This document shows, in pieces, positions 43,497 to 57,870 of a stretch of DNA of 64,000 nt (positions are counted from its first letter, which is position 1; each line of letters opens with the position of its first letter). The position numbers and the translations under genes are program-made. Source of the DNA: Tubiluchus corallicola (taxonomy: Eukaryota; Animalia; Priapulida); contig JAQGDQ010000246.1 in NCBI GenBank assembly GCA_030141605.1, forward strand, positions 124,001 to 188,000. The letters run 5' to 3'. The notes beneath the pieces are model-generated. The model was given only the letters and a program-made list of their open reading frames with translations. It searched no databases and was not told where the DNA came from.

Positions 43497-45974
43497 TAAT
43501 TTGCACCACATGAAAACATGTTTTCCGCAGACTAGAGCAAGAAACTTTTTGTATGAACATAGAGTTTTTAGTACATTTAGTTCATCTAGAGGCGTTCGTC
43601 AATTTATGAAGTAATAATGAGTTATTTAATCACAAAATGTACGTTGTACAATATCACATGCCTTTAAATTGACCAAATACTTATTAGACCAAAAAGACAC
43701 AATTTTAGTAGAAACTTTTTTATCGTTGACGTTGAATCTCCACTCACCCTCTGCTTTAAGAAACTGCAGTTGTAATTTTTCATTACATAGTATTGTTATT
43801 TAACCCATGCAGTGAGTGTCCGTATTTCTATGAAATGGTTTAGTATGACTATTTTGTACGATTTTAACATAGTTTAAATTAATTTTAGCATCCCTGGATA
43901 GAAATAATAACTTATAATAATATGAACTACCGCTTCTAGCCAGTTTCGTGTAGACTGACATTCAGTTCACTCAGCAAGCAAAACCTTCAAACATGTGTTT
44001 CTTATAAGAATAGTAGTCCACATACTGCTAAAAAGTAAACCATCATGTAACGAATTTCCAAACAGTTCAAAATAAAACTTGTCACAGTGTGGCCTCTATA
44101 GTGGTTTTTGTTGATTTTGCCCTTGTGATTGACAGATAATTCAAATGACCTTTAAATCGGCTTAATTGGTGCATTTAACTCCGTTCGTCACAGACTTCAT
44201 TTCGAATGTTTAAAAATCTATATTGCAGTAACAAACAAGTAACATAATGGGAAAACCAATTGCTTAGTTGCTTTTTTGTCCTTATCAAAAATGTCTGATC
44301 GGACTAATAATATATGTGTCAACATGCACTCATGTCACAGGCCAAATATCGTGGCTCCTGATTTGAAATGAATTTTAGCGAACGGACCCTACCCGGATGT
44401 TTCACCGCAGCATTGTGTTGCATTTAACTTGCTTAGTTTCGCTCGCAGATACAAATATTTAGTCGACCACATTGAAGGACAGAAGATCTGGAAGTAAGAA
44501 ATGACGAAAGGAAGAACGTTCCTTTTCTAATAGTAAAACCCAATCTATTTCAGTTTGTCTGATGCGCGAATCCATTTCAGCAGTTCACAATAAAAAATTC
44601 TAGTTGTGACCGCGACGAGTGTTCAGAAAGTCAAAAAGATAAAGTTTCAACTTCATTGCATCAATGTCACCTTTCCGTTAGTGTAGTCTCCAAGGTCTGC
44701 GTGTGGGATGACAATTGCACTAACTGCTTGTGTTCAAGAAACGTGTATAAAGCTTTGTATACTTTTTGAATCTGTATTCACTATGTGGTAGAGGGACAAT
44801 AAAAATTTAATGAAAGCCATTTGTGTCCTGAAATGTTGGGGCTTTATTTCACCTTGGCTGAGCAAAACACAGCATTGTGTTAGATTAGATGTATATTGCT
44901 CCTATGACCGAGATTTGATCTATGCGGCTATCTTCGGTAGCGAAAAAATGAAAAACTTGTCTGCAGCATTGAAGCAAAATCGAGGTAGCGTATGTAGAAG
45001 CAAAATAAAAGTTCTTTTTTACAAAAATTCTTTGTTTCGGACGCGTATAACTTCAGATTTTATAGCCAGTCAAGCAACGTTTCAAATGATTAGACGACGT
45101 GCGTGCTGCTTACCAGTACGTCTTTCAGTAGTAGCACTAGCCGTTCATTTCCTTAATGACGCATTATCTCCGTTTGTCACCTGTTCTACTAAGCCTTGTG
45201 GTCTACTTGGTGCCCTCTGCTCATTTCATGCCAGCTAGGCGAATGAAACCTTGAGACGTCCATTTATAGCGTCACTCGCGTGTGAATAAACATAAATAAG
45301 ATTTTGTTTCAAAAAGAAAATGTTGGATTACCAGAAGCCCTACTGAGCTTCTTAATATTTTACGTTTCGCCCTAAAGTTTCAAAATATTTACTCTGGAAA
45401 ATGAGAACACAACACGGCAACCGAATTTTTCCGTCCTTATGTTCTCGTGTAATGTTGAAAACAGTACAGAAGGTATACCATATTATTGTACTTAATTATA
45501 TGTTAGGTATTTTTGATATAAGAAACCACGTTTGTGGGGTGTTTAATCCTTCTCCATCCCAGCATGATTCATTGAAATTTATGTTTTTGCGGAAGCTTTT
45601 TGAAATGCTTGGATGTCTCACGTTTTGCATGGGAAATAATCTCCAGTGATTATTTCACCATCTGATAAAATGAGTTTTCAAAAGGAAACGACGGCGAAGT
45701 ATCAACATGCTATGTTTAACTATGAATATTGGCTGGTTTTATATCAACAACCTGCGCTAAATATATTACATACGTGTAGTTAGGGTATAGTGGAGTAACT
45801 AATATCGGCCATCCAGTTTTCTTGAACTCTAATTAGGTCACGTGACTTAGATCGGGTTTTTACAGCAAATGTTAAATATCTATATAGTACATATATATAA
45901 ATAGCTATATATATATATAGATATAGCTATTTATATATACTGTATAAATATTTAATATTTTCTGTAAAAACCCG

Positions 45975-46414
<440 letters not shown>

Positions 46415-48574
46415 GTGTGCGTGTGTGTTTTGTAAAATATTAATGCAAATACAAGGTAAATCATTGATAAAATAGAAATGTGGCCGACGTTCCCCCAATA
46501 TACTCTATAGCATAACAAAAGAGTGTTCAGAACATTAGATAATTCGCAAATGGTGTCGTCAAGAAAATTATAGCCGGAGAATGGTGCCATTTAACAATTT
46601 GGCACAAATATGTTTTGTCAAACGTGAAATACTTTTCAACATTTACAAAACACAGCGCCGAAATTACTACATCAAACAAGCAATATATGAGCAAGAAGTT
46701 TCTGCTTCACGCTTTATTTGCAGAACAGTCTCGCATGATAACTTGCATTATAATTATTCTCTGCATACCAGGGGAATTCCCGTGTTATAATCACCATCAT
46801 TGCACTTACTTACGTCCAAACAGTTTCTCTTCGCTGCTTGTGTGGTTAAAATACCATTCTCTGTTTACTAGATGAAAATGAAAACTGGACAAAACGATTA
46901 CGTTCGGTGGGAAATCAATATAGCTGCTGAACTGTTGCCCTCTAATTACTGCTTCAAACTGTTTAAATTCCTTTTTCCAGCCATTGCCATGGTTACAGAC
47001 TGGGAGATGCTGTGGGCATTACGATAAAGTCAGTTGTAAATTCTTCTGGGGGAAAAATCTGGTTTCCGCAATAGAGGAAGCTGTGCTCTGGAGTACAGTT
47101 ATTAAATGCGCGTAGTTAAGTAAAGCAATTCATCACTGAGCAAATTGTCATAGGGCCTTTTGTCACTAGAAGTTGCTTCTCTATTCATGATAAATTACCG
47201 CGTTTTTAAATGCTTAACTTTGCTATTCACATTTTGTTAATGGCGCGTAACCGATACGTTTCTGGATACCAAGTTTAGTGGTGGCAGCTAGCTACAATAT
47301 TTTTAATTTGTTAGTCATCATGTGATATGTATTGAAAAACTACCCGATATCTTCCCAACCTATTGGCATGTAAATACGCTTAAATATCAACATCGATCTA
47401 TAGCTCTCCATTTTTGATTACCACGATAGAGCGTCACATGATTCGGGTAAATTTGGTGGCTAATTATGTTCAACTTTCCAAAACTAGACTTTCTTAAGTT
47501 AAAGAACCGTCATTTGTTTTTGAGTTTCTGTTTATTCTTTATATTATTTATTCGGCTTTTCAATATTCAACGAAAATATAAAATGCATATAAACAAAAAT
47601 TGCTGACATCGATCTCGATATTTCAGAAGTGTAATCGGTGTGGGTTAGGTTATTAATTCCTTGATTTAGATCATAAACAAATGATTATACTTTTCAATAA
47701 TGTTTACATTTTCATTTTAGTTATATCCTGAGTTCGCGCGTTGTTTTCTACTTATATATGAGCAACAAGGCAAAAGTTTGTTGTTTATCAAGACATTTAA
47801 CTTTTGTCGCTCGTCGGTTGTATATGGCGCGATAAAAAAAGCAAAAATTAGTTTCATACTATCACGCAGGCTCATCATTTATACACAGTTTAAGGCAAAA
47901 TGTGTTTTTCCCATATAAAAGTTGATTGAACTTTCACTACATACTACGCTAAACTACACCATGTAGCAAAAGCTACACTATCGGATATATATATATATAT
48001 AAATTCTTATTTGCTCACAGAGTTGTAAACATTTGAAATGGTCTGTATGTAGTTGATACTACTAGCTTGTCAGTTTTACCAATCGATTAGCTAATTTACT
48101 GCCTTATTGTAACTTCATTCGAAACATCCGATAAAATTATTTTAGGCCTAAAAAATTTTCAGTCCTGTATTCTGTTTGTCTGTAGAAATGACGCAACTCC
48201 TGGCGATCAATTCAGTGATTCAAGAACCAATAGAATCTGCTTTAAAAATCAATATTTCCTTATTCAAATGATTTTTATTGCTCTGCATGGAAAACAACAT
48301 AGCTTTGATAAAACATGTAATTGTTACCTTGCTGTACTATCAAATAACCTCGATATGCTATTTGCGTTTTTACACCAGTTCTGGTAAGATGAACAGACAA
48401 TAATCAAAAGCTAATGTCTGCTAAATTTCAGCAATATCAAATTAGAATTGTTGACATTATTCAAACTTTGAGTTTTCTTTTTTCTGGGCCAGCCGGAAAA
48501 CCAAGAATGAAACAGATCCTTGGTGTAATGTGCTTCCTCAACTTGAATGCAAATGAGTATTCATATATTTTCAG

Positions 48575-48786
48575 GTTGATAGTTCTAGTTTGCATTATTG
48601 GTGCTATGGAGTTTGAAGGACTGGTTCCATGCAGCCAGGATCTTCGCAATCACGTGTTAGGTTACATTGTGCTAATGACATTGTGCGTTATCACCGAATC
48701 CGCTATATCATGGATTAGTATGCGGGGTAGCATCCTTTACACAGAGCCAAGAAGTAGCATGCAGTGGCTATTGTACGGTAGACTGG
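48575..48786 (+). CDS. DAGLA: Diacylglycerol lipase alpha, coding exon 2
   Basis: ...ESAISWISMRGSILYTEPRSSMQWLLYGRL (SMRGxILxTEPR motif); 212 nt, phase 2-1. Confidence 0.96.
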
Positions 48787-49790
48787 GTAAGTTGAACACT
48801 TACACCAAAAAGTTATTCAGCTTTAATCAGTGTCAAAGTGGCAATATTTGTTTTTGTGCATAAATGTTTTGCACCGGTAAAAGAAACACACACAAATGGC
48901 CTATTAATGAATTCTCATAATGTTAATCCAATTCTGCTGATGAATTTCTTGACGAAATGCACAGGTAGAATACCATGGCTAGCTAACAAATCGAAGTATA
49001 ACTGGCCGAATGGCAAAAAAGCCACAGAATTTTTTTTACTCATACATACATTCATACATTTAGTTGTTGCTGTTTTAGGTGTTGTGATAGAATGCTGTTT
49101 TCCCAGTGGTTAGTGCTGAATATTATTTGCTCATTTACACCTGCTACTTACACAATTATTCGATTAACTGTAAAATTAATCATTTAAACACAATATTTTA
49201 TGGTTTAGACTGTTCATCCATTCCTTGAATATTGCTAGGTTGCCCTTGTAACATCTTTATATTTACACAGGAGGGAAGAGTTTGAACTAGATTTATTAAT
49301 GCTATTAGTTAGTGTTCAACAAAGTTTTTGAATTTCGCTTTTAGATTTTTCAAGCTTCAACTGCGTGCGTCTAATAAGGCAAGAATTTAGTAAATCCTTA
49401 CAATACTGTTCTTCCGGCTAAACCAAATAAACGTTCAAACAAAACTAGCAGATTAAACCACTTTCTACGATCTAAATTGAATCCATTTGATGATTACCTC
49501 CAACAACACAGAAATGCTTTCAGTGTCCAACAACGGCAGCATCTGTATGAGATTATTAAAGCGAAGAAGCCCAGAAGCCATACATAAGTCTGTAGTGTTT
49601 AACAAGCCCTTGCATCAGCATGTAACTGTTGTTGCTCAAATATTACGCCTTCTCTTTCGCTCTACTCTGTATTAACAGGGAGAGTGAAGTATGTTGTCTG
49701 TCGAACAACAATCAAATGTTTGTTGGTTGGTTGATGGTCGTCGTCTGATCGGCTGGTAGTTGGTTAGATTTGGTTTGTTGATTGGCTGGG

Positions 49791-52404
49791 TGATTTCAGA
49801 TTCAGTTTTTTTTCTATTTTTTCCCTTAGTAACAATGTCAAATAACAAAAATGATGTAAATAACTAATAGAAACGGAAAAGGGTGGCGAAAAACTAAGGT
49901 TATCGAGTCAACCACCCTTTTCAAGATGTTTAATATGCGGCAAACAAAAAGAAATTAATTATAATTAATTTATAATTAGGTTAGGGTTAGGCTATATAAT
50001 AAACTAAACAAAATTCATGCAACAGATTTGTAGCAGTATGAGTAATGGTAAATATGAAATCAAAATAAACAAAAAGGAAATAAGGCCTATGTGAAAAATA
50101 ATAATCATTCATGCATAATCAAATAACAAAGATTAATAATGATAAAAATCATAGTAAAACAAAAGTAAGCAAAGACAATAATCAGCAAGATAATGAATAT
50201 AAACATGCAGTTGAAATAATAACAAGTATAAAAATAATAAATGTACACGTATGTAGATGCATATTATTATGCATTCAGTAAATGTTAAAGTCGTACCTTA
50301 CAGTAGCATTTTAGTTCTGTCATACTAGTTGAAAAACATTGCACATATAAAGTATCTCTTTTAGCAGATCGAGTGTTATAATTGTTAACATCAGCAGCAT
50401 ACATATAATAGGAGGAGAAAATTTCTGGAAGCAGATGATATTTAAACTTATATACAAATTATGCTAATTTCAGTTTATAAATGTCATGTAATTTTAGTAT
50501 ATGTAAATTTTTACAAGCTGGCGCTGCATGTGTACGAAGCAAGGAGAAAATCATTAATTTAACAATTTTGTTCTGCGCAGTAATGAATGGATTCAATGTT
50601 TTAAAAGATGCTGTTCCTTAAGCCAGAATACTATATTGCAGATGGGGGTAAACTAGGGTACAGTAAACAGTTTTGCTTGTGTGAGTGTCGACAAAATGCC
50701 GCAATTTGCTTATGATACCTATAGTTTTATTAACTTTATATGAAATGTGGAGTGTATGCTGTTTCCATGATAACTTATTGTTGATAAGGATACCTAGATA
50801 CTTGACTTTATCAGTTTGCTCAAGATTATTATTGCCCATTTTGATTTGAAAGTTTGTTCGGTCTAGTTTGAGATACTGAGTAATGATTAGCACAAATTTA
50901 GTTTTATTGTAATTAACTGATAATTGATTAGCTTTCATCCGCGTGTCAATTTTTTGTATTTCTATATTTACTGATTGCTCCACATTCTTTATACTTTTCT
51001 CTGCCAGAAATAAATTTGTATCATCAGCAAACATTCTTATATTGAAATTGGATGCTAGTGGTAAATCGTTAACGTATGGCAAAAATAGTAGGGGGCCAAG
51101 GGTGGAAAACCTTGAGGTACCCCACATGTTACATTGATCAAGTTGGATGCAACATCTGCAATAGTAGTGTAATGACTTCGGGAATCCAAGTATCACTTGA
51201 ATAAATTCAGTGCGATTCTCCTTATCCCATAATGTTCAAGCTTATGAGTCAATGTATTGTGCTGTGCCGTATCAAATGCTTTGGAGAGGTCCAAGAAAAT
51301 ACCACATACATGCAACTTTTGGTCCAAGTCATGCTAATTCTGTCACATAATTCTGATATTGCTAATGAGTATGATTTTCGAAAACGTAATTAGCGCACAG
51401 TCAGTAAATTACATTTGTTTAAATAACCATCTAAGCGCGTATACAAAAGTTTTTCAAAATTTCTCGCAATTGGTGATAAGAGAGAAATCGGCCTGTAGAT
51501 CGAAGGGTTACTTGAGGAGCCGTATTTGTGAATACGGATGATCTTGGCTATTTTAGTATGTTTGGAAAAGTACCATTGTCAATCGACTTATTGAAAAGGA
51601 GTGTAAGAGGTAAGACAGGAATTTTTTGTTGAATTTTCGATCCAACAGATGCAAAAAAGTCATTGAATGTTTCGCAGATGGCAGCTAAATCCACAACTTC
51701 AGTGCCTTCACTTGTCATTTTGTTTGGAATTATCCTGGAATCTTTTTTATTATTACATAATTATTATATAGTTAATTGTGGACCGGATTTTTTCATATTA
51801 TTTTTGTTTGCTTGCAAGATTTGAGAGTAGCACAGCTTTTTTGAAGTTTCTTTAATTCGACTTAATTGATTCGAGTAAAGTTTGAAGTAGTTAACTTTCC
51901 ATGGATTATTAGACAATTTGTGTGTTTTAAATAGCTTACTTTTATTTTTAACGGAGACTAAAATTGCTGGATTAATTCAAGGCTTTGAGGCAGTTAGTGT
52001 TTCTTTGCGAAAGCAGCATGAGTGTCTAAAACAATTGTAATAGTGTTAATTATATGAGAAAATGCTTCGCCAGTTGAAAACTGGGAATAGTCCATACTAG
52101 CAAGGCTATTTGTCAAGTCTTGTACAAAATCTTCTTTCTTAAAATTAGGCTTATCTCGTGCAACTTTATTAAATTTAGTTCTACTAAGCACTGACTGTTT
52201 TATGAAATATAATATAGGCAAGTGATCTGCAACCTCGTACAACACTATGCCAGGCACAATATATTGACTCATATTATTGGTATAGATATGGCCAATCAAG
52301 CTTTTAGACGTATGAGTAATTCTTGTTGGATATGTGATAATTGGCATGAAAAATCGAGAAAAGAGCATAGAAAGATAGTTGGAGACATATCTTGTTTCTA
52401 TGTC
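49791..52404 (-). mobile_element. 5'-truncated, decayed CR1/L2-type LINE (endonuclease C-terminus, RT, 3' UTR)
   Basis: PTRIT...[42 protein letters not shown] and KYLG motifs in order with frameshifts; 3' stem-loop and short tail. Confidence 0.92.
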
Positions 52405-52531
52405 TGAGTGAGTGAGTGAATGATTTTTTGTTGGTTGGTTGGATAGTTGTTTAGTCAGTCATAGTGCGAGTCAATCGGCTATACTTATTTCGTTACCTGG
52501 GTGGATAGATAACAGGCTTTTCTTTTGATAA

Positions 52532-53762
52532 TGATAATGACTAAATTATGCAGCCATTTAAACTGCTTTGTCATTTATAAAATTTCTCACATTACAAAGC
52601 TACATTCATGCTGCGCTGTTGTTGTTTATCCTCTATAAAAACATAGTTACCTATACAACTATACAACTAAAAAGCTATTTACGACAAATTTATGATTATT
52701 AAGGAAAGTTAATAATGTAATTAATGTAAGTCAGAATGTAATTATTTAATGTATTTTAAAAAGATGTCTCTGTATGAATAAGCAAAGTGCTACAGTAAGC
52801 TATATGAAATGCGTACATGATAGATAGATATATAAAAAGTTTATTTTCATACAAAAATTGCAGATAAAAAGCTGAATAAGGTTACATTTACAATAAAAAA
52901 AACAATAAAAGGACATTAAAAGGACATTAGCTGACTGGTAGATAGTAATCCACTTGATTGTAGTGCTACTCGCTCAGTTTTTTTGTTACAAAACTGAATG
53001 TTTAGTTGATTATCTATCTTTTTAGTTAGTTCGTTAATTAGGTTATAACTGGAAGAGTTTTTGTTGGTCGTATTTACGTAAATAAAAGATATCCGTTGTT
53101 AAATGACATGGAAAGCTGTTCAACTTTCGTGTTCTTGCAATTACAATTATGTACAAATCGAATGTTTTGTGCGTAACTGTATACGGTTTACAGATGTAAA
53201 ACATATCATAAGTTTTATTCACCTGTACCCTATATGAAAAACTTTTAAATAATATGATCTTGGTAAATGGGTCGATTTTTCATTTGATTTTTTAATAATG
53301 GTCATTGCTTATTTTTTACCAGTAGGTTGTATTAGCACTACTCTCTGTATGATCTTAGTATATTTTTTGTTGTCATTAAATTGTTTACAGCTAAATAATG
53401 TCCTTTTATTGGTTTTTTATTGTAAATGTAACCTTATTCAGCTTTTTATCTGCAATTTTTGTATGAAAATAAACCTTTTCCCTACCTATCTATCTATCAT
53501 GTACGCATTTCATATAGTTTACTGTAGCACTTTGCTTATTCATACAGAGACATCTTTTTAAAATACATTAATTAATTACATGCAACTTTCCTTAATAATC
53601 ATAAATCTGTCATAAATAATTTTTTAGTTGTATAGTTGTATAGGTAACTATGTTTTTATAGAAGATAAACAACAACAGTGCAGCATGAATGCAGCTTTGT
53701 AATGTGAGAAATTTTATAAATGATAAAGCAATTTAAATGGCTGAATAATTTAGTCATTATCA
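52532..53762. repeat. Long inverted repeat, arms about 370-385 bp (52532-52917 and 53397-53762), spacer about 480 bp
   Basis: Colinear reverse-complement match with scattered substitutions and small indels. Confidence 0.92.
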
Positions 53763-55730
53763 AATTTGTGGCAAAAAGGTAATGTTGAAGTAAATACACT
53801 GTTTGAAGCTGATGAGTGACGGCAATATTACCGAGCGAAGTGTGAAGTTTAAGGAAATTATGCTTTATGACTTTTTTATGGCCGTACGCAATAAACCAAC
53901 GAACTTTTTCCGTCCGATAGAACCATGTAAAATATAAAATGTGAAATATTCATTTTATAGATCCTGACTAGTTAAACACCCTGAATTTAAAAGTCGTTAA
54001 ATATTTTAAAAATGATGTCCGATGCATGAAGTCGCGCTTTCTTTATCCAGTGAATGTTTGTGTGTATAAGAATGTCCAAGCTCAGGCTAAACGCGTGTTA
54101 ACCTTATATGTGAAATTTTACAATTAATTACAAAAAATAGCAAAGAATTACAAAAATATATGTGATTATTACCCTGTTGCACAGATTGAAGAGAAGCTTT
54201 GAACTCTCCCTCTTCTAAGAGACGGTAAAAAAATCAATAATCATTAAAGTTAGCAAAAATTACCAGAAAAACTGTATCAATCACTGGGCCTAGTACTGAA
54301 AATAGTGATCCGGTATATTGGCACTATTCTTTTTATATCTAGCTATTTGGATATAATTAGGTTTCGAACATCTTTCTCTTTGTCCTCCCTATATTAAGCC
54401 AACCTTTGAACGTACGCGAAGAAGTAGCCTCATTTCTTTTACGGATCAGTCATTAGTTGCTTAGCAACGTGATTATAAATGCAAAAAATGCTGACTAATG
54501 TTAATAAGCAATTATATTTTCTCTGCTACAATAAATCTTTGTTACAGCAATATTATAAATTAATTCAACAAAAAGTAAACCCAATGTGAAGACCTAAATA
54601 GTGCTATTGCAGTTTGTTTGTTTGTTTGTACTTAGGTTAACTTTAGGATTAAGTACATAACAAGCATTTTTATTAGTACCCAAAATCCAAAAATATCTTT
54701 CGTTTGAGACAAGCTGAGATTTCAATTCGTATTAATTTGCAACTACTAAGCGCTTTGGCTGACGTGCTTACTTATAATTTGAGTTGCAACTCCGTGAGTA
54801 ATTACCGGTTTAATGACTAATGCCGGTAAATTAACTGGTTTCATATAATAGCGCAACAGCACAGAAAATAGTTATGCTGCGCCATCAACATTGAACACAG
54901 TAATCTATAGGTCCCATTTAAGCATGTGAACAAAATGAAATGACTTGCCCCAAGCATGAACTGCAAACAATTAATCAAAAATTTATTAGAAATTTGTATA
55001 CATTTAATAATATGTGGTGAGTAAGGGAGCGAGAAAAAAGAAAGAAGAGGGGATGTATGAAGGGAGAAAAGAGAGAGAGAGAAAGAGAGAGAGGGGGTGG
55101 AGAGACAAAAGCGAGAAGCAAAGAAAGTGAAAGGAATTGCAGGAATCGCACAGTAGGAGTGCACAATTATTCCTATTAAATGTGGAAACAACATAAAGAG
55201 TCGTGCGAAGGGCATCATCGAAGTTTCAGCATCAAATAGTTTTAGTTTGGCCATCGCTGAGGCTGAGCTAGTTTATGATACACAAATGAATTATTAATTT
55301 CACGCACTAATGGCAAATCATTAAGCTTGTCAGTATTACTTAATCATGGCTCACGCAGCGGTGTGCTACCAGTGGTGCTGAAATGCCTTATTAAATCGAC
55401 ATGAAATGCCTGTTAAATTCAGACTGTATTTAATTTTCCAGACGCAGTATCACATTAGTTGTCCATAAGTGCTAAAACCCATCAAGTCCAATTATTGACG
55501 TGTCTAGAAAACGTCCACGCTAGTGGCTGCTGGTGAAATTAAAGCCAGCAACGTTATTAAGATTGAAATTTATGTCTTCACGCGGGAAGCCGCACACGGA
55601 AGGATACGAGTTTAAGCATGGCTTCTGTCATTGCTGTCAAATATAGAAGCACAAAATGATTGTGGCTTGAGAAACATGTTTAAACAGGAAAATTTATAAT
55701 ATGTTTAAGTATTTAATTTTTTATGTTTAG

Positions 55731-56520
55731 TGCAGACTTTGTAGACTTTTTTAAAGCTTTTGAAGAGAATAAAATGTTATATACGACAAAGACATGTACG
55801 TGACTAATGTGGTCTGTTCCGTTCTGTTCCATTCTGCTATTTTCTGTTCCGTCCTGTCTGCTCTTTTTCTGTTCTGTTCTTTTCTGTTCCGTTCTGTCTG
55901 CTCTTTTGTCTGTTCTGTTCAATTCTGCAGACTTTGCAGACTTTTTCAAAGCCTTTGAAGAGAATAAAATGTTATACACGACAAAGACATGTTCGTGACT
56001 AATGTGGCCCGTTCCGTTCTGTTCCATTCCGTTCTATTCTATTCCGTTCTGTCTGCTCTTTTTTCTGTTCTGTTTTGCCTCTGTCTCTTTCTTTCCTTTC
56101 GTTCTGCTCTTTCTGTTCCGCTTCATTCCATTTTGTTGTGTACAGTTGTGTTTAATTTTGTTCTACTCTATATAGACTTAGTTCAATTCCATTTTATTCT
56201 ATTACATTGTTGGCCATTTGTTCTATTCTTTTACTCCGGCTGCTCTGTCCTATCCTCTGTCGTGTCGTGTTGTGTCCTGTCTTTTTCTGTCCTGCACTGG
56301 CCTATCTTGTCCCGCACTGTCTTGTCCTGAGCTATCTGTCCCGTCATGTCCTACTATATAGTGTTCTGTGTTGTCCTGTGCTGTCCTGCCTTGCTCCGCC
56401 CCATTCCATCCTATTTTGTCCGGCTCATCCTGCTCCGTGCATTGATGGTCTACTGTTTTGTCCTATTCTGTCCTGTGCTGTGTTGTACTGTTCTCTTTGT
56501 TTCATTTCACTCTGGTCCAG
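55731..56520. repeat. 195-bp tandem duplication running into a degenerate (TTCTG/TCCTG)n tract
   Basis: The unit starting 55731 repeats at 55926; pentamer periodicity follows. Confidence 0.88.
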
Positions 56521-56529
56521 TTCTAGCTT

Positions 56530-56886
56530 AATGCAATTTACTTCAAAATCTAATTTTGGTACTAGACTAGTAAGGGCAAGCAAGCATTACAATCAGTATG
56601 CAATCAAATCTGAATTAAATAAAGTTACAAAATTTGAAACATTTAAAAAGAAACTCAGGGAGCTACTTATAAATAGTCGTTAGCAATAATATGTTTTATT
56701 TCCTTTTTAACTCTAATCTAGTTTTACAACCATGCTTGTATGTAATATTAATTAGGATATTTCTTTATCCTTTATTATGAATATTTTAATTGTACTATTG
56801 TAAACTGTGCAAAGAAAACCCCCATTTTTTAGGACTGAATATGTAATGCAAAAATTAATAAAAATAAACAAATAAATAAATAAATA
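56530..56886 (+). mobile_element. 3' end fragment of a CR1/L2-like LINE
   Basis: ...KVTKFETFKKKLRELL* C-terminus, AT-rich UTR, (TAAA)n tail. Confidence 0.5.
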
Positions 56887-57774
56887 CTTAAACTGAATTT
56901 TTTTAAATAAGCGCTATTAAAATCGTTACTGCGTTAATTTGGTTTTAACTGAAACTTGTATCTGCTATTTTTATTCCATTAAAGCTTTATTTAAGTTATG
57001 CGACAGCTGCTCATCCTTCTGCCGGGCTTTCATTAGCTTCGTTAAGTCCCTTCTGCTAACCAGAGAAGCCACTCGATAAACCGATTTCCACTCCTACATG
57101 TGTACTTGAATTGTTCTTGAATTCAAGTGCCTGGGAAACGGCTAATGTATCCCGGAAACGGATGTCAACAGAACAGCTCCTCAAGCATCTTGTGACAAAC
57201 TCTTCGGAAATTACTGGTCTCCTATCTCAGAATTTCCATTTAGTATGCACGACATACCCTTTGAACTTCCAATACAAAAGCAAAACGTTTCTTTTACTGT
57301 GAGCAAATATGACAATTCAAAAAAATAGATTAAGAGTTTTCCTGTTACATAAATTTACATACTTAATCAATAAAGAAGCCAGCTTACTACGTGATGCGGC
57401 AGTATCTTTGATCACAAAGTGCATAAACTTTCCTCTCGGCAATTTCTAAAGGAGAATCACTCATGCAATATAGAGTAGAGCTTAAAAACACTTACATTCC
57501 TCAAATAATGACATAAATATATATAAGGAGGAAAGCAAAAAAGAAAAATAACAAAAAATATGTGAACAGATTTACACAACGTCCATAATTTTCTTTGATA
57601 ATTTTTAGCATTTTATTAGACTTCGGCTGTTTGTTATTGCTCTTTTATGTTTTTTAAAGATGATGTAATCGCACACGATAAAAAATCTGTAAGTTGTTGT
57701 ACACACTTTTTGCATCATATGCAATATCAAAACTTGTTGCTATTGGGTATTATAAATAGCTTCGTGACAAGGGG

Positions 57775-57870
57775 TGATCCTAGTGATTAGAAGTTAAACA
57801 CTGCTGTACTTTGTTAGTAAATGGATACGGGCCGCTGGGAAGCGTTTTTGGTGGTTTTACGTGCTGCACT
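57775..57870 (+). pseudogene. 5S rRNA-like fragment (internal control region to 3' end)
   Basis: gaagttaaaca-N12-gttagtaaatggat..ccgctgggaa versus the 5S pattern GAAGTTAAGCA-N12-GTTAGTACTTGGAT..CCGCCTGGGAA. Confidence 0.55.

Noticed and set aside
45114-45234. Exon-like segment on the minus strand with a good acceptor and GTAAGC donor inside DAGLA intron 1
   Set aside because: Stops in all three frames and no evidence of an antisense transcript
48937-48960. Hammerhead-like CTGATGA...GAAA
   Set aside because: No stem II closing pair and no stem I or III complementarity
49976-49991. TTAGG/TTAGGG telomere-like repeats
   Set aside because: Only three units, inside the LINE 3' UTR
53809-53840. 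Hammerhead-like CTGATGAG...CGAAG next to the long inverted repeat
   Set aside because: GAAG instead of the invariant GAAA, and no stem I/III or cleavage triplet
55713-56683. Overlapping Cys/Leu/Ser-rich ORFs
   Set aside because: Products of pentamer simple repeats; only the last 50 or so codons look LINE-derived
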